From: Octopus sinensis
Taxonomy: Eukaryota
Direction: 5' to 3'
Assembly: GCF_006345805.1 (NCBI RefSeq)
Contig: NC_043024.1
Span: forward strand, 9,238,001 to 9,302,000
Length of the DNA: 64,000 bases
The notes below the pieces were generated by a model. That model worked only from the letters and a program-made list of their open reading frames with translations, did no database searches and had not been told where the DNA came from. The position numbers and the translations under genes are program-made. Positions 61,601-64,000 of the stretch are shown here, in pieces. Positions within the stretch are counted from its first letter, which is position 1. Each line of letters begins with the position of its first letter.

Positions 61601-64000
61601 TTTGGGCATCTCTTTTGTTCTACTAGTTGATTGTTTTCTGCAAAAAAACGTATATATTTTTCCTACAGTCCCAATCTGCCTCTCCATATCAGGCCATATC
61701 AGACTCTGTTTTTGAGAACAGTTTTAAATCATCCATGAAAAGAAGGTGGTTGTGACGTAGTCCATGCACAAGTATTTTGGTACCGTTTGCACTTCTTCAT
61801 TACGACTTTATCTATCACAGGGTAGTCCTTGGTGTCCTCGGATCGTTTTGGGCATCTCTTTTGTTCTACTAGTTGATTGTTTTCTCTGCAAAAAAACGTA
61901 TATATTTTTCCTACAGTCTCAATCTGCCTCTCCATATCAGGCCGTATCAGGCTCTGTTTTTGAGAACATTTTTAAAATCATCCATGAAAAGAAGGTGGTT
62001 GTGACGTGGTCCATGCACAAGTTTTTGGTACCGTTTGCACTTCTTCATTACGACCTTATCTATCACAGGGTAGTCCTTGGTGTCCTCGGATCGTTTTGGG
62101 CATCTCTTTTGTTCTACTAGTTGATTGTTTTCTGCAAAAAAACGTATATATTTTTCCTACAGTCTCAATCTGCCTCTCCATATCAGGCCATATCAGGCTC
62201 TGTTTTTGAGAACATTTTAAAATCATCCATGAAGAGTAGGTGGTTGTGACGTGGTCCATGCACAAGTGTTTTGGTACCGTTTGCACTTCTTCATTACGAC
62301 TTTATCTATCACAGGGTAGTCCTTGGTGTCCTCGGATCGTTTTGGGCATCGCTTTTGTTCTACTAGAAGTAGATTGTTTTCTGCAAAAAACGTATATATT
62401 TTTCCTACAGTCTCAATCTATCTCTCCATATCAGGCCATATCAGGCTCTGTTTTTGTGAACATTTTAAAATCATCCATGAAAAGAAGGTGGTTGTGACGT
62501 GGTCCATGCACAAGTGTTTTGGTACCGTTTGCATTTCTTCATTACGACCTTATCTATCACAGGGTAGTCCTTGGTGTCCTCGGATCGTTTTGGGCATCTC
62601 TTTTGTTCTACTAGTTGATTGTTTTCTGCAAAAAAACGTATATATTTTTCCTACAGTCTCAATCTGCCTCTCCATATCAGGCCATATCAGGCTCTGTTTT
62701 TGTGAACAGTTTTAAATCATCCATGAAAAGAAGGTGGTTGTGACGTGGTCCATGCACAAGTATTTTGGTACCGTTTGCACTTCTTCATTACGACCTTATC
62801 TATCACAGGGTAGACCTTGGTGTCCTCGGATCGTTTTAGGCATCTCTTTTGTTCTATTTGTTGATTGTTTTCTGCAAAAAAACGTATATATTTTTCCTAC
62901 AGTCCCAATCTGCCTCTCCATATCAGGCCATATCAGGCTCTGTTTTTGAGAACATTTTAAAATCATCCATGAAAAGAAGGTGGTTGTGACGTGGTCCATG
63001 CACAAGTGTTTTGGTACCGTTTGCACTTCTTCATTACGACCTTATCTATCACAGGGTAGTCCTTGGTGTCCTCGGATCGTTTTGGGCATCTCTTTTGTTC
63101 TACTAGTTGATTGTTTTCTGCAAAAAAACGTATATATTTTCCCTACAGTCTCAATCTGCCTCTCCATATCAGGCCGTATCAGGCTCTGTTTTTGAGAACA
63201 GTTTTAAATCATCCATGAAAAGAAGGTGTTTGTGACGTGGTCCATGCACAAGTATTTTGGTACCGTTTGCATTTCTTCATTACGACCTTATCTATCACAG
63301 GGTAGTCCTTGGTGCCCTTGGATCGTTTTGGGCATCTCTTTTGTTCTACTAGTTGATTGTTTTCTGCAAAAAAAACGTATATATTTTTCCTACAGTCTCA
63401 ATCTGCCTCTCCATATCAGGCCATATCAGACTCTGTTTTTGTGAACAGTTTTAAATCATCCATGAAAAGAAGGTGGTTGTGACGTGGTCCATGCACAAGT
63501 GTTTTGGTACCGTTTGCATTTCTTCATTACGACCTTATCTATCACAGGGTAGTCCTTGGTGCCCTGGATCGTTTTGGGCATCTCTTTTGTTCTACTAGTT
63601 GATTGTTTTCTGCAAAAAAACGTATATATTTTTCCTACAGTCTCAATCTGCCTCTCCATATCAGGCCATATCAGGCTCTGTTTTTGTGAACATTTTTAAA
63701 TCATCCATGAAAAGAAGGTGGTTGTGACGTGGTCCATGCACAAGTGTTTTGGTACCGTTTGCATTCTTCATTACGACCTTATCTATCACAGGGTAGTCCT
63801 TGGTGCCCTTGGATCGTTTTGGGCATCTCTTTTGTTCTACTAGTTGATTGTTTTCTCTGCAAAAAAACGTATATATTTTTCCTACAGTCTCATCTGCCTC
63901 TCCATATCAGGCCATATCAGGCTCTGTTTTTGTGAACAGTTTTAAATCATCCATGAAAAGAAGGTGGTTGTGACGTGGTCCATGCACAAGTGTTTTGGTA
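55516..64000. repeat. ~246-bp satellite, about 35 copies, running off the window end, derived from a LINE RT segment
   Basis: Unit starts at 55598, 55844, 56090...63963; minus strand of each unit encodes GPRHNHLLFMDD...KTEPDM-ERQIETV; 10-bp duplication CCATATCAGG in every unit. Confidence 0.95.

Noticed and set aside
55598-63935. About 30 repeated 67-85 aa plus-strand ORFs (MVVTWSMHKC...) that look like a tandem gene family
   Set aside because: They begin at GTG, are antisense to the RT remnant, are frequently frameshifted and simply reflect the satellite period
55516-64000. CRISPR-like or other repeat-spacer array
   Set aside because: Whole units are near-identical with no unique spacers; eukaryotic context, no cas genes

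Overview
This is AT-rich, repeat-saturated eukaryotic DNA with no prokaryotic features. The tRNA-headed SINE families, dense (TA)n/(TG)n/(AAT)n/(ATG)n microsatellites and LINE mix look like an octopus (cephalopod) genome; that is recognition from memory, not a database check. Main contents: (1) a full-length 5,356-bp L1/Tx1-type LINE (39417-44772, minus strand) with a perfect 17-bp TSD, inserted into a ~363-bp tandem repeat whose units each carry a type I hammerhead ribozyme with the covariant U3-A8 core, i.e. a retrozyme/Penelope-type array; (2) a ~246-bp satellite of about 35 copies (55516 to the window end) whose unit contains the HLLFMDD catalytic motif of an R4/Dong-like reverse transcriptase and shows higher-order (11-mer and 25-mer offset) structure; (3) at least four other hammerhead-bearing Penelope-like repeat families; (4) a decayed DD36E Tc1 transposon; (5) CR1, RTE and R4/Dong fragments, Helitron-like elements, MITEs, many SINEs and a 100-N gap. 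No host gene is firmly identifiable; two phase-compatible minus-strand candidate exons are reported at low confidence. Most short ORFs in the track are microsatellite or SINE artefacts. All alignments, folds and counts were done by eye.
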